From Bacteroidales bacterium (GTDB lineage: Bacteria; Bacteroidota; Bacteroidia; Bacteroidales; UBA3824), in contig JAKSLV010000004.1 of the NCBI GenBank assembly GCA_024401025.1, positions 23-64,022 on the forward strand: DNA of 64,000 nt, in the 5' to 3' direction. The notes beneath the pieces were generated by a model, which saw nothing but the letters and a program-made list of their open reading frames with translations, was not told the DNA's origin and made no database searches. Both the position numbers and the translations under genes were made by a program. Shown piece after piece: positions 56,548 to 64,000 of this stretch; the first letter of the stretch is position 1, and every line of letters starts with the position of its first letter.

Positions 56548-57000
56548 ATGAGAAACTACAGCTTATTCAACGGCCTCTTCAACGCAGACCACTCACGCAT
56601 GTGCGACGTTCCACTGGTAAACATCGCCGAGACAGAAAACGGATTCACCATCGAGATGGCGGCTCCCGGATACAGCAAGAGCGATTTCGATGTAAGCATC
56701 GACAAGAACGTGCTTACCGTATCGGTAGACAAGGAGTCAGGCAAGGCAGCCACCACCACCGAGGCCGAGCCTGTATCAGCAGAGGCAGCAGCTTCAGCCC
56801 CAGCATCAGCAGCAGCCTCAGCCCCAGCCAAGCGCACATACCGCAGGGAGTTCAGATTCGGCAGCTTCAGCCGCTCGTTTACCCTGCCCGACGGCATCGA
56901 CAGCGAGAAGATTGACGGCGAGTACCTGAACGGCATACTCACCATCAACATCCCCAAGGCCGAGGCCAAAATCACCAAGACTTCGGTAAGCATCCGCTAG
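56548..57000 (+). CDS. Hsp20/alpha-crystallin small heat-shock protein
   Basis: VNIAETENGFTIEMAAPGYSKSDFDVSIDKNVLTVS...REFRFGSFSRSFTLP...GILTINIPK. Carries a ~30-aa Ala/Ser/Thr/Pro-rich loop insertion. Confidence 0.9.
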   Translation: MRNYSLFNGLFNADHSRMCDVPLVNIAETENGFTIEMAAPGYSKSDFDVSIDKNVLTVSVDKESGKAATTTEAEPVSAEAAASAPASAAASAPAKRTYRREFRFGSFSRSFTLPDGIDSEKIDGEYLNGILTINIPKAEAKITKTSVSIR

Positions 57001-57032
57001 AAGCCAACAAAAACACCATAATTTTGCACCAG

Positions 57033-57070
57033 GCGCAGCTCCGCAAAAACGCGGGCTGCGCTTTTTTTTT
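57033..57070 (+). terminator. rho-independent terminator after hsp20
   Basis: gcgcagc...gctgcgc stem followed by a 9-nt T-run. Confidence 0.7.
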
Positions 57071-57148
57071 GCGATATTAGCAGACGCATTATTGGTATCT
57101 AAAAAATATTTCTTTATCTTTGTGCTAACATATATTACAACCATCATC

Positions 57149-57997
57149 ATGAGAAAAACCATAATAGCCATAATATCAGCACTGATAATCACAGCATTGC
57201 AGGCCCGGGCCCAGGACAGCACAGCCCTCTGGAGGGCCGAGAACCAGATAGCCCAGGCGCTGGAGAAATGCGCCAACACCGGCGACGACGCCCGGAAGAC
57301 CGCATACGCCGCCGAAGCCGCCAACCTGATGGAAGACGCCCTGAAGACCCAGCTGGCCTTCGGCTACGAGTTTCCGCTGCTGAAATCGGTATCCAAGCTA
57401 AGGAGCGACGACGGCCTGGTGAGGGTGATTACCTTTGGAGTAGGCATCAGCGGTGGCAGATACATATACCACGGTTTCGTGATGTACCAGAGCGAGGACC
57501 TCGACGACATCGTGGTGACCCGCCTGAAGACCGCGCGCCGCCCCGAGAACGACCCCGAAAACGCCAACATGCAGTCCGACAACTGGTATGGCGCAATATA
57601 CTACGAGATATCGCAGTTCGGCAAAAAGAGCCAGCCCGTGTATGCCCTGTGCGGATGGGACGGCCACGACCAATACACAAACCGCAAGGTGGTGGAGCAG
57701 CTTACCTTCGACGACGAGGGCACACCCGTGCTCGGCGGCCTGTTCCAGAGCGAGAAGGGCAACGGCCTAAGCAGGCTGATATTCGAGTTTAACGAGAGGG
57801 CGATGATGACCCTGAAATACATAGGCAAGCAGAAGCTGATAGTGGGCGACCATCTGGACACACCCGCCACTCTGCCCCAGCACAAGGGCAAGCCAAGATT
57901 CATGGGTCCCGACGGCAGCTACGACGGTTTCTACTACAAGGACGGACGCTGGCACTACGTGGCCGACGTGGACATCACCAACCAGGCCAGGCCCTGA
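57149..57997 (+). CDS. hypothetical secreted protein
   Basis: Signal peptide MRKTIIAIISALIITALQARAQ at ATG 57149 (residue 20 of the track ORF). No recognised domain. Confidence 0.55.
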   Translation: MRKTIIAIISALIITALQARAQDSTALWRAENQIAQALEKCANTGDDARKTAYAAEAANLMEDALKTQLAFGYEFPLLKSVSKLRSDDGLVRVITFGVGISGGRYIYHGFVMYQSEDLDDIVVTRLKTARRPENDPENANMQSDNWYGAIYYEISQFGKKSQPVYALCGWDGHDQYTNRKVVEQLTFDDEGTPVLGGLFQSEKGNGLSRLIFEFNERAMMTLKYIGKQKLIVGDHLDTPATLPQHKGKPRFMGPDGSYDGFYYKDGRWHYVADVDITNQARP

Positions 57998-58091
57998 TGA
58001 AAAAAAATCTGAAAAAATCGGCAAAAAATAATAAAAATATAAGCAATTATTATTACTTTCGCAAATCATAACCAAGAAACCGACATTATCT

Positions 58092-58508
58092 ATGAAAAGA
58101 CTGTACGGCATAATAAGCATAGCGATGATCTGCATGGCCGCATGGATTACCTCATGCGGGCCCGTAAAAGACTGCGACGAGGTGGGGCAGAATTTCTACC
58201 AGAGCCTAAGGGAGGGCGACATAAACAAGGCCATCCAGTATCTGGACCACGAGGCGCTAAACCAGACTCCAGAGGATATATGGAGGCAGGGCCTGCTGCA
58301 AAAATCCAACAACCTGGGCATGATACTGAACATAGAGCGAAACGATTTTGAATCGGAGACCAGGGACAACGTTACCCGGGTAACCATCAAATACAAGATA
58401 CATTACTCGAAAGCCACGATGTTTGAGAGGCTGGAATTTGTGGAGCGCGATTCCAAATACAGGATCACATTCTACAAGTTTGACGAGGACTCCACAATGG
58501 TAAACTAA
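58092..58508 (+). CDS. hypothetical lipoprotein (small NTF2-like fold suspected)
   Basis: Lipobox IAMICMAAWITSC. 138 aa. Ends 4 nt before the recX start. Confidence 0.5.
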   Translation: MKRLYGIISIAMICMAAWITSCGPVKDCDEVGQNFYQSLREGDINKAIQYLDHEALNQTPEDIWRQGLLQKSNNLGMILNIERNDFESETRDNVTRVTIKYKIHYSKATMFERLEFVERDSKYRITFYKFDEDSTMVN

Positions 58509-58512
58509 CACT

Positions 58513-58998
58513 ATGACAGAGGAAACCGCTAAAACACTAAGCAAACTGATGGTACTATGCTCGCGCGCGGAGAAATGCGAGAGCGAGGCATACAAATACA
58601 TGACAACCAGGGGCGCCACCAACGAGGAAGCCTTCGAGGCTGTGGAATATCTTACGGCAAACCAATACGTGGACAACGAGAGATATGCCAGAAGCTACGT
58701 GGCCGACAAGGCCAGATTCAACAAATGGGGCAAGGACAAGATTGTGATGCAGCTGAGGATAAAACAGATACCTGACTCGGTGATAAACGGGGCCATTGAG
58801 GAAATTTTTGACCCCGAACTGGAAAAAAACACAATTTCGACCGAACTGGCAAAAAAATTGCGGGGACTAAAAGACGACGAGCCCCGCGCCAAGGCATGGG
58901 AGAAGCTGATGCGTTTTGCCGCCGGACGCGGATACCCGGCCGCCACATGCGGCCCAATAATTACAAAGATGTTGAACGACAGGCAAAACAACAACTAG
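58513..58998 (+). CDS. recX: RecX-family regulatory protein
   Basis: Three-helix repeat pattern: LMVLCSRAEKCESEAYKYM, YLTANQYVDNERYARSYVADKARFNKWGKDKIVMQLRIKQI. 161 aa. Confidence 0.65.
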   Translation: MTEETAKTLSKLMVLCSRAEKCESEAYKYMTTRGATNEEAFEAVEYLTANQYVDNERYARSYVADKARFNKWGKDKIVMQLRIKQIPDSVINGAIEEIFDPELEKNTISTELAKKLRGLKDDEPRAKAWEKLMRFAAGRGYPAATCGPIITKMLNDRQNNN

Positions 58999-59003
58999 CA
59001 ACC

Positions 59004-59723
59004 ATGGACAACAACTACAGCGCGGCCAGGCAAGCCGCCGGACAGGACGACATCGACAGCGCGATACTTAGCGCCGTGGTGGCCGCCGAGGAGCGTCAGA
59101 GAACGCTGCTGGCCCAGGAGCTGCACGACGGAATGGGTGCCACGCTGTCGAGCGTGAACATATACCTGAACCTGATACTATCGGGCGGCGTGGAGGTGGA
59201 GGAGATTTTCAGGACGGTGCGCCTGGCCAAAGACCTTGTGGGACAGGCCATAGAAAACGTAAAGGAGATAGCCAACAACCTTCACCCGGTGATACTGAGC
59301 AGGTTTGGCCTGGTGGCCACCATAGCCAACATGATAGAGACACTGGAGCAGCAGAGGATAGTGAAATTTGATTTTGCGCATCAGGGCTACTCCGACATCA
59401 GCAACAAGGACCTGGAGCTTACACTCTACAGGATAGTGAACGAGCTGATGACCAACACGCTGAAATACGCCGAGGCCAAGAGCGCGACCATAAGCCTGCA
59501 ACGCGGCATCAGCAACATAAGGCTGATGTACAGCGACAACGGCAAGGGTTTCGACCCCAGCCTGGCGGGCAAAAACCCCGGAAGCATGGGAATGGGCCTG
59601 GGCAACATACAGGCCAGGGCCAAGAGCTACGGCGGAAGCTGCGATCTGTGGTCGCAGCCGGGAAAGGGCATGAGAGTGGAGATAGACATACCATACAGCG
59701 AGCCCGGCCAAATCCCGGAATAA
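59004..59723 (+). CDS. soluble sensor-less histidine kinase, HisKA_3 (NarX/LiaS) type
   Basis: H-box LAQELHDGMGATLS, N-box IVNELMTNTLKYA, DNGKGF, GMGLGNI. Only ~35 aa precede the H-box, with no TM. ATG at residue 37 of the track ORF, 5 nt after recX. Confidence 0.8.
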   Translation: MDNNYSAARQAAGQDDIDSAILSAVVAAEERQRTLLAQELHDGMGATLSSVNIYLNLILSGGVEVEEIFRTVRLAKDLVGQAIENVKEIANNLHPVILSRFGLVATIANMIETLEQQRIVKFDFAHQGYSDISNKDLELTLYRIVNELMTNTLKYAEAKSATISLQRGISNIRLMYSDNGKGFDPSLAGKNPGSMGMGLGNIQARAKSYGGSCDLWSQPGKGMRVEIDIPYSEPGQIPE

Positions 59724-59767
59724 AAAAACAACGACATTAATAGATCTATTAAAAAACATATTGACAC

Positions 59768-60544
59768 ATGAAAGTAATACTGGTAGATGACAAGTTGGTT
59801 TACAGAAACGCCATCAAGACCCTCTTGCAGAAACTTGGCGAGGTGGAAATCATTGCCGAAGCCAGCAACGGAAAGGAATTCCTGAAGCTGCTGGACACAT
59901 GCGACCCCGACCTGGTGTTCATAGACATAGAGATGCCAGAGATGAATGGAATTGAGGCCACAAGAGAGGCCCTCAAGATAAATCCATCGCTGGTGATAAT
60001 AGGCCTGTCGATGTACGACAACAAGAAGTATGTAAACGACCTTATAGATGCCGGCGCACGCGGATACCTCCTGAAACTAAGCGACAACTCACAGATTTTC
60101 AGAGAAATACTAAAGAATCCAAGGGCCGAGGTATTCTTCAGCAAGGAGATATCTCCCGACAACGGCATGGAGGACAACTCCAAGAAAACCATCCTGATAG
60201 CCGACGACTTCGAGAACACAAGGTTTGTGATAGAGTTTACCCTTAAGCAGGCCGGATACGAGGTGCTGAAGGCCACCGACGGACAGGACGCCCTGAAGTA
60301 TTTCGACGGCAGAAAGATCGACCTTCTGGTAACCGACCTAAACATGCCGCGCAAAAACGGACTGGAGCTGGCCGAAACCGTGAAATCGATGCCCGAATAC
60401 AGGAGCATCCCCATCCTGCTGCTGACCACCGAGATAAACGAGGAGAAGAAGCAGAAATCCAAGCAGATAGGCATCACCGGATGGATACAGAAACCTTTCG
60501 TTATCGATAAGTTCCTGATGTTCATCAAGAAGGCGCTTCAGTAA
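59768..60544 (+). CDS. dual-receiver response regulator (NarL-type REC + CheY-type REC), no output domain
   Basis: REC1: ILVDD, LVFIDIEMPEMNG, GLSMY, GYLLK. REC2: ILIADD, LLVTDLNMPRKNG, LLLTTE, GWIQKPF. 258 aa in total. Confidence 0.85.
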   Translation: MKVILVDDKLVYRNAIKTLLQKLGEVEIIAEASNGKEFLKLLDTCDPDLVFIDIEMPEMNGIEATREALKINPSLVIIGLSMYDNKKYVNDLIDAGARGYLLKLSDNSQIFREILKNPRAEVFFSKEISPDNGMEDNSKKTILIADDFENTRFVIEFTLKQAGYEVLKATDGQDALKYFDGRKIDLLVTDLNMPRKNGLELAETVKSMPEYRSIPILLLTTEINEEKKQKSKQIGITGWIQKPFVIDKFLMFIKKALQ

Positions 60545-60590
60545 TAGAAAAAAAAGAAAGAACAGAAAAACCCATTCTCCCAAAGAGGCC

Positions 60591-62726
60591 ATGCTAGAAC
60601 AGTTTAAACAAAAATACCTGGACGAGGTAAACGACCTGCTGAACGACCTGGAGGGCGCGATGCTGGAGCTGGAGAAAAATCCATCCAGCCAGGAGGTTGT
60701 AAACGAGGTGTTCAGGGTTATGCATACGATAAAGGGCACCAGCGGAATGTACGATTTCAAGACCGTGGAAAAGATAACCCACGATGTGGAGAGCATCTAC
60801 GGCAAAATCCGCGACAACCACCTCTCGGTATCGAAGGAGGTGAGCGCCCTTACGCTAGAATGCATAGACCTGCTGCGCAAGCTGCTCAACCAGCCCGACG
60901 ACAACGACGACGAGCAGGTGAACGATTTTCTTGCCCAGCTGGCACTGCTTGGCGGACAGGAGCCGGCACAATCCGCCGGCAACGGGGAGGAGGATGGCGG
61001 AGGTTTCCTTGCCGACGAGGCCGACAAGCCCGGGCTGAAGGAGGCCACATATTACGTGCTGTTTGCCCCTGAGGCCGACATCACCGGACGCGGCGTAAAC
61101 ATAAAGGGAATACTGGCCGACATCAAGAACATAGGCACCGGAATCACCATGACCAGATCGTGGCCGGAGCAGCAGGCCGACAACGGCAAGTTCTACATGT
61201 ATTGGGAGGCCATTTTCAGCACGTCGAAAGCCAAGGCCGAGCTGGACGAGATTTTCATCTTTGTGCCCGACGAGGTGGAGATCACCAAGCTGTCGGACAG
61301 CAACCTGTTCATGAACGAGGATTTTGTGGCACAGGTAACGATGTATCAGAGCATAGAGGAGCAGATAGACGTAAACGAGCTAAAGGCCCTGGCCATGATG
61401 GTGGCGCCACAGGCGGAAACGGCAGCACCGGCCCCGGCATCAGAGACAAAGGAGCCTGGCCCTGATACCGCCGCCAAGGGCACGGACGCGCCACAGCAGC
61501 ATCAGGCCGAGCCACACAAAACAGACGACAAGATTTCCGGCGAGGAGAAGATCATAGCCAAAAACATAGAGGCCAGCGACACCAAGGCATCCAGCATAAA
61601 GGTGGATTCCGACAAGCTGGACGAGCTGATGAACCTGGTATCGGAGCTGGTGACCACCAAGGCCGAGCTGCTGCTGATGGCCGAGAAATACGACATACCC
61701 GAGCTTTCCACCATCTGCGAGAAGGTGGACAAGCTTAGCAACAAGTTCAAGGACAACGCCCTGAGCATACGCCTGGTGCCCATAGAGAGCATGATGCTGA
61801 GATTCCAGCGCCTGGTGCGCGACCTTAGCAAGGAGCTGGGCAAGAAGATAGAATTTGTGACCGACGGCACCGACACCGAGCTTGACAAGACCATAATAGA
61901 CAACCTGGCCGTGCCGCTGATGCACATAATAAGGAACAGCATAGACCACGGCATAGAGCCCGTGGAGCGCAGGCGCGAGCTTAAGAAGCCCGACCACGGC
62001 ACAATAAAATTCACCGCATTCTATTCGGGAAGCAATGTATTCATACAGGTGCAGGACGACGGCGCCGGCATGAGGCCCGACTATCTGAGGCGCAAGGCCA
62101 TAGAGAAGGGGTTCATAAAGCCGGGCGACAACCCTACCGACCGTCAGCTCTACGACCTGGTGTTTCTGCCCGGATTCTCCACAGCGCAGAAGATTACCGG
62201 AATATCGGGCCGCGGCGTGGGCATGGACGTGGTGAAACAGAACATCATAAAGCTGAGGGGCGAGATAGAGATGGACAGCGAGATAGACCTCGGCACCATC
62301 ACCACCATAAAGCTTCCGCTTACACTAAGCATAGTGGACGCGCTGCTGGTATCCGTAGGCAACACATTATTGCTGATACCCGTGGCCATAATAGACAGCT
62401 GCACGCAGATAACCCGCAACATACTGAAAGACAGCAAGGGACGTTTCATCTACGAGAACGAGCCCACCCCCATCATAGACCTTAGGAAGGAGCTGGAGAT
62501 AAGCGGCGAGATACCCGAGGAGGAGAACGTGGTGTTGGTGAAATACAAGGACGGACGCGTGGGCCTGATAGTGGACAGGATTGTGGGTGAGCATCAGGCC
62601 GTGCTGAAATCGCTTGGAAAGTATTTCGCCAACCAGGAATACATAAGCGGCGGCAGCATACTGGGCGACGGCAGCATAGCCCTGGTACTGGATACAAACA
62701 AACTGATAAAACAACTGGAGAAATAA
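60591..62726 (+). CDS. cheA: chemotaxis histidine kinase CheA
   Basis: Hpt VFRVMHTIKGTSGMY. Dimerisation SIKVDSDKLDELMNLVSELV. N-box LMHIIRNSIDHGIE, G1 VQDDGAGM, G2 GISGRGVGMDVV. C-terminal CheW-like P5. No fused receiver. Confidence 0.9.
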   Translation: MLEQFKQKYLDEVNDLLNDLEGAMLELEKNPSSQEVVNEVFRVMHTIKGTSGMYDFKTVEKITHDVESIYGKIRDNHLSVSKEVSALTLECIDLLRKLLNQPDDNDDEQVNDFLAQLALLGGQEPAQSAGNGEEDGGGFLADEADKPGLKEATYYVLFAPEADITGRGVNIKGILADIKNIGTGITMTRSWPEQQADNGKFYMYWEAIFSTSKAKAELDEIFIFVPDEVEITKLSDSNLFMNEDFVAQVTMYQSIEEQIDVNELKALAMMVAPQAETAAPAPASETKEPGPDTAAKGTDAPQQHQAEPHKTDDKISGEEKIIAKNIEASDTKASSIKVDSDKLDELMNLVSELVTTKAELLLMAEKYDIPELSTICEKVDKLSNKFKDNALSIRLVPIESMMLRFQRLVRDLSKELGKKIEFVTDGTDTELDKTIIDNLAVPLMHIIRNSIDHGIEPVERRRELKKPDHGTIKFTAFYSGSNVFIQVQDDGAGMRPDYLRRKAIEKGFIKPGDNPTDRQLYDLVFLPGFSTAQKITGISGRGVGMDVVKQNIIKLRGEIEMDSEIDLGTITTIKLPLTLSIVDALLVSVGNTLLLIPVAIIDSCTQITRNILKDSKGRFIYENEPTPIIDLRKELEISGEIPEEENVVLVKYKDGRVGLIVDRIVGEHQAVLKSLGKYFANQEYISGGSILGDGSIALVLDTNKLIKQLEK

Positions 62727-62727
62727 T

Positions 62728-63213
62728 ATGGCAAACTACAGCGGAGCCACACCATATTTGTCGTTTTGGCTAAACGACGAGCTATTCGCCTACAAGGTGG
62801 AGGACGTGATAGAGGTACTGGAAATGCAGAAGATAACCGTGGTGCCCAAATCGCAGCCCTACATAATGGGAGTGATAAACTTCCGCGGCGAGATACTGCC
62901 TGTGATAGACGTAAGGCAGAAATGCGGACTGGACGCGGGCAAGGTTTTCGACCCCGTGGACAGCGTGATTGTGGTGCTGGAGGTCTGCAAGGACGATCCC
63001 GACTACAGGATTACCGTGGGATCGATAGTGGAAAGGGTGAGCGACGTGGTGCAGGTGAAGCCCATCGACATAAAACCCGTGCCGGAGTTCGACACCAAGA
63101 TAAACGCCGAGTATACCGAGGGCATTTTCAGCCACGGCGACAGGTTTATCACCATACTTGACACCACCAAGATTTTCTCGCTAGGTTACACATCATCAAA
63201 CAACACAAAATGA
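62728..63213 (+). CDS. cheW: chemotaxis coupling protein CheW
   Basis: YLSFWLNDELFAY...VPKSQPYIMGVINFRGEILPVIDV. 161 aa, starts 1 nt after the cheA stop. Confidence 0.9.
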   Translation: MANYSGATPYLSFWLNDELFAYKVEDVIEVLEMQKITVVPKSQPYIMGVINFRGEILPVIDVRQKCGLDAGKVFDPVDSVIVVLEVCKDDPDYRITVGSIVERVSDVVQVKPIDIKPVPEFDTKINAEYTEGIFSHGDRFITILDTTKIFSLGYTSSNNTK

Positions 63214-64000
63214 AACTAGGAAACGCATTAAACATCAAGATGTTAAGCCACAAATCCATCTTGGGCAAATACCTGAAGATAACGATGTTTGTGGTTGCCA
63301 CAACGATAGTATCGGTTTTCATGGGCATTTTCTATTTCCATGTGAAGGGCCTCATGGAACAGAACGGTCTGGACAGGCTGGAGCAGATGTCGAGCGCCAC
63401 GGGCGGAATGACAACTTCGATAATAACCAACTGCGTGGGCCTGAACACCACACTTGCTGATGCTTTTGCCCTAAGCAAGAGCGATTCGATGCACATAAGC
63501 TACTCGCGCGACAATATAAAGAACCTGGTGAAGATGGGTCTCAACAAATTGCCGTCGGTGGCTTTGCAGGGCGTGTACTGGGAGAAGAACGCTTTTGACG
63601 GCCGCGACGACAGCAATGCCGACCATCCCGACTACGCCAATTACAATGGCAGGATGTGCTATTTCTACGCCAGAAACTCGGAGGGCAATGCGCCCGGCGA
63701 GATGGTGGCCGACCATGGCTACGAGTTCGACACCGAGCTCTACAACGAGCTTAAGAAGCGCAAGGAGCCTGTGGTGTTTGCGCCTCAGGAGATGGTGATA
63801 AACAACAAGAAATCAACGGTTTTGCCCGTGATGGTGCCCATAATGGACCGCGGCAGCGTTTACGGATGCGTGTTCTCGCTGCTGAGGCTGGATTTCGCAT
63901 TCGGCATCTGCAAGAGCATCCGCGACAGCGTGAAGGCCGAGGCCAACATCGCGATAGTGGACAGCGACCTAAACATAATAACTTGCACGCAGAACCCCAC
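63210..64000 (+). CDS. probable methyl-accepting chemotaxis protein, N-terminal TM + Cache-like sensor (runs off window end)
   Basis: Absent from the ORF track (no stop in the window). ATG 63210 overlaps the cheW stop (ATGA) and the frame is open to 64000. TM LKITMFVVATTIVSVFMGIFYF. Cache-like EPVVFAPQEMVINNKKSTVLPVMVPIMDRGSVYGCVFSLLRLDF. The MCP call is by context, because the signalling domain is off-window. Confidence 0.6.
   Translation, partial: MKLGNALNIKMLSHKSILGKYLKITMFVVATTIVSVFMGIFYFHVKGLMEQNGLDRLEQMSSATGGMTTSIITNCVGLNTTLADAFALSKSDSMHISYSRDNIKNLVKMGLNKLPSVALQGVYWEKNAFDGRDDSNADHPDYANYNGRMCYFYARNSEGNAPGEMVADHGYEFDTELYNELKKRKEPVVFAPQEMVINNKKSTVLPVMVPIMDRGSVYGCVFSLLRLDFAFGICKSIRDSVKAEANIAIVDSDLNIITCTQNP

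Noticed and set aside
56735-56835. Ala/Ser/Thr/Pro-rich ~30-aa insertion in the Hsp20 loop as a functional novelty.
   Set aside because: The loop between the beta-strands of small HSPs is naturally variable. This is a low-complexity expansion with no further signal.
1-64000. Search for mobile elements, prophage, integrons, tRNA/rRNA and riboswitch-like leaders.
   Set aside because: I recognised no transposase, integrase or phage structural motifs, and no tRNA-like cloverleaf in the spacers. All spacers are under ~310 nt and are mostly explained by promoters and terminators. Detecting small ncRNAs by eye is unreliable.

Overview
The window is densely coding chromosomal DNA: about 57 protein genes and short intergenic spacers. 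I recognised no rRNA, tRNA, CRISPR array, transposase or integrase. Gene content points to Bacteroidota. Supporting evidence is a set of T9SS/gliding parts (GldJ-like lipoprotein, two PorP/SprF-family genes, a PorE-like OmpA protein), a DUF4105/Lnb-type protein, many lipoprotein signal peptides, TAnnTTTG -7 boxes and a Y_Y_Y periplasmic sensor. Most of the window is housekeeping (gpsA, ispH, cmk, nadD, holA, ffh, folD, an M18 aminopeptidase, 5-formyl-THF cyclo-ligase and others). The most interesting feature is a same-strand chemosensory cluster at the 3' end. It runs sensor-less HisKA_3 kinase, output-less dual-receiver protein, CheA, CheW, then a Cache-type MCP that leaves the window. A second MCP, missing from the ORF track, is truncated at the 5' edge. 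No flagellar gene is visible, and the dual receiver resembles FrzZ, so a Frz-like module controlling gliding or surface functions is a testable hypothesis. Other notable items:
- a lipoprotein zincin with an 80-aa Asp/Tyr tail that heads a PorE-like operon;
- an intergenic spacer built almost entirely from inverted blocks of a tandem heptamer;
- a sigma-54 activator with no DNA-binding domain;
- two large sensors with unusual or missing outputs;
- a PspA / D-Ala-D-Ala dipeptidase envelope module.
All calls rest on motif recognition by eye. No database search was run. Hairpin and repeat coordinates are good to about +/-2 nt. Many long ORFs in the track are antisense shadows of real genes and were discarded.
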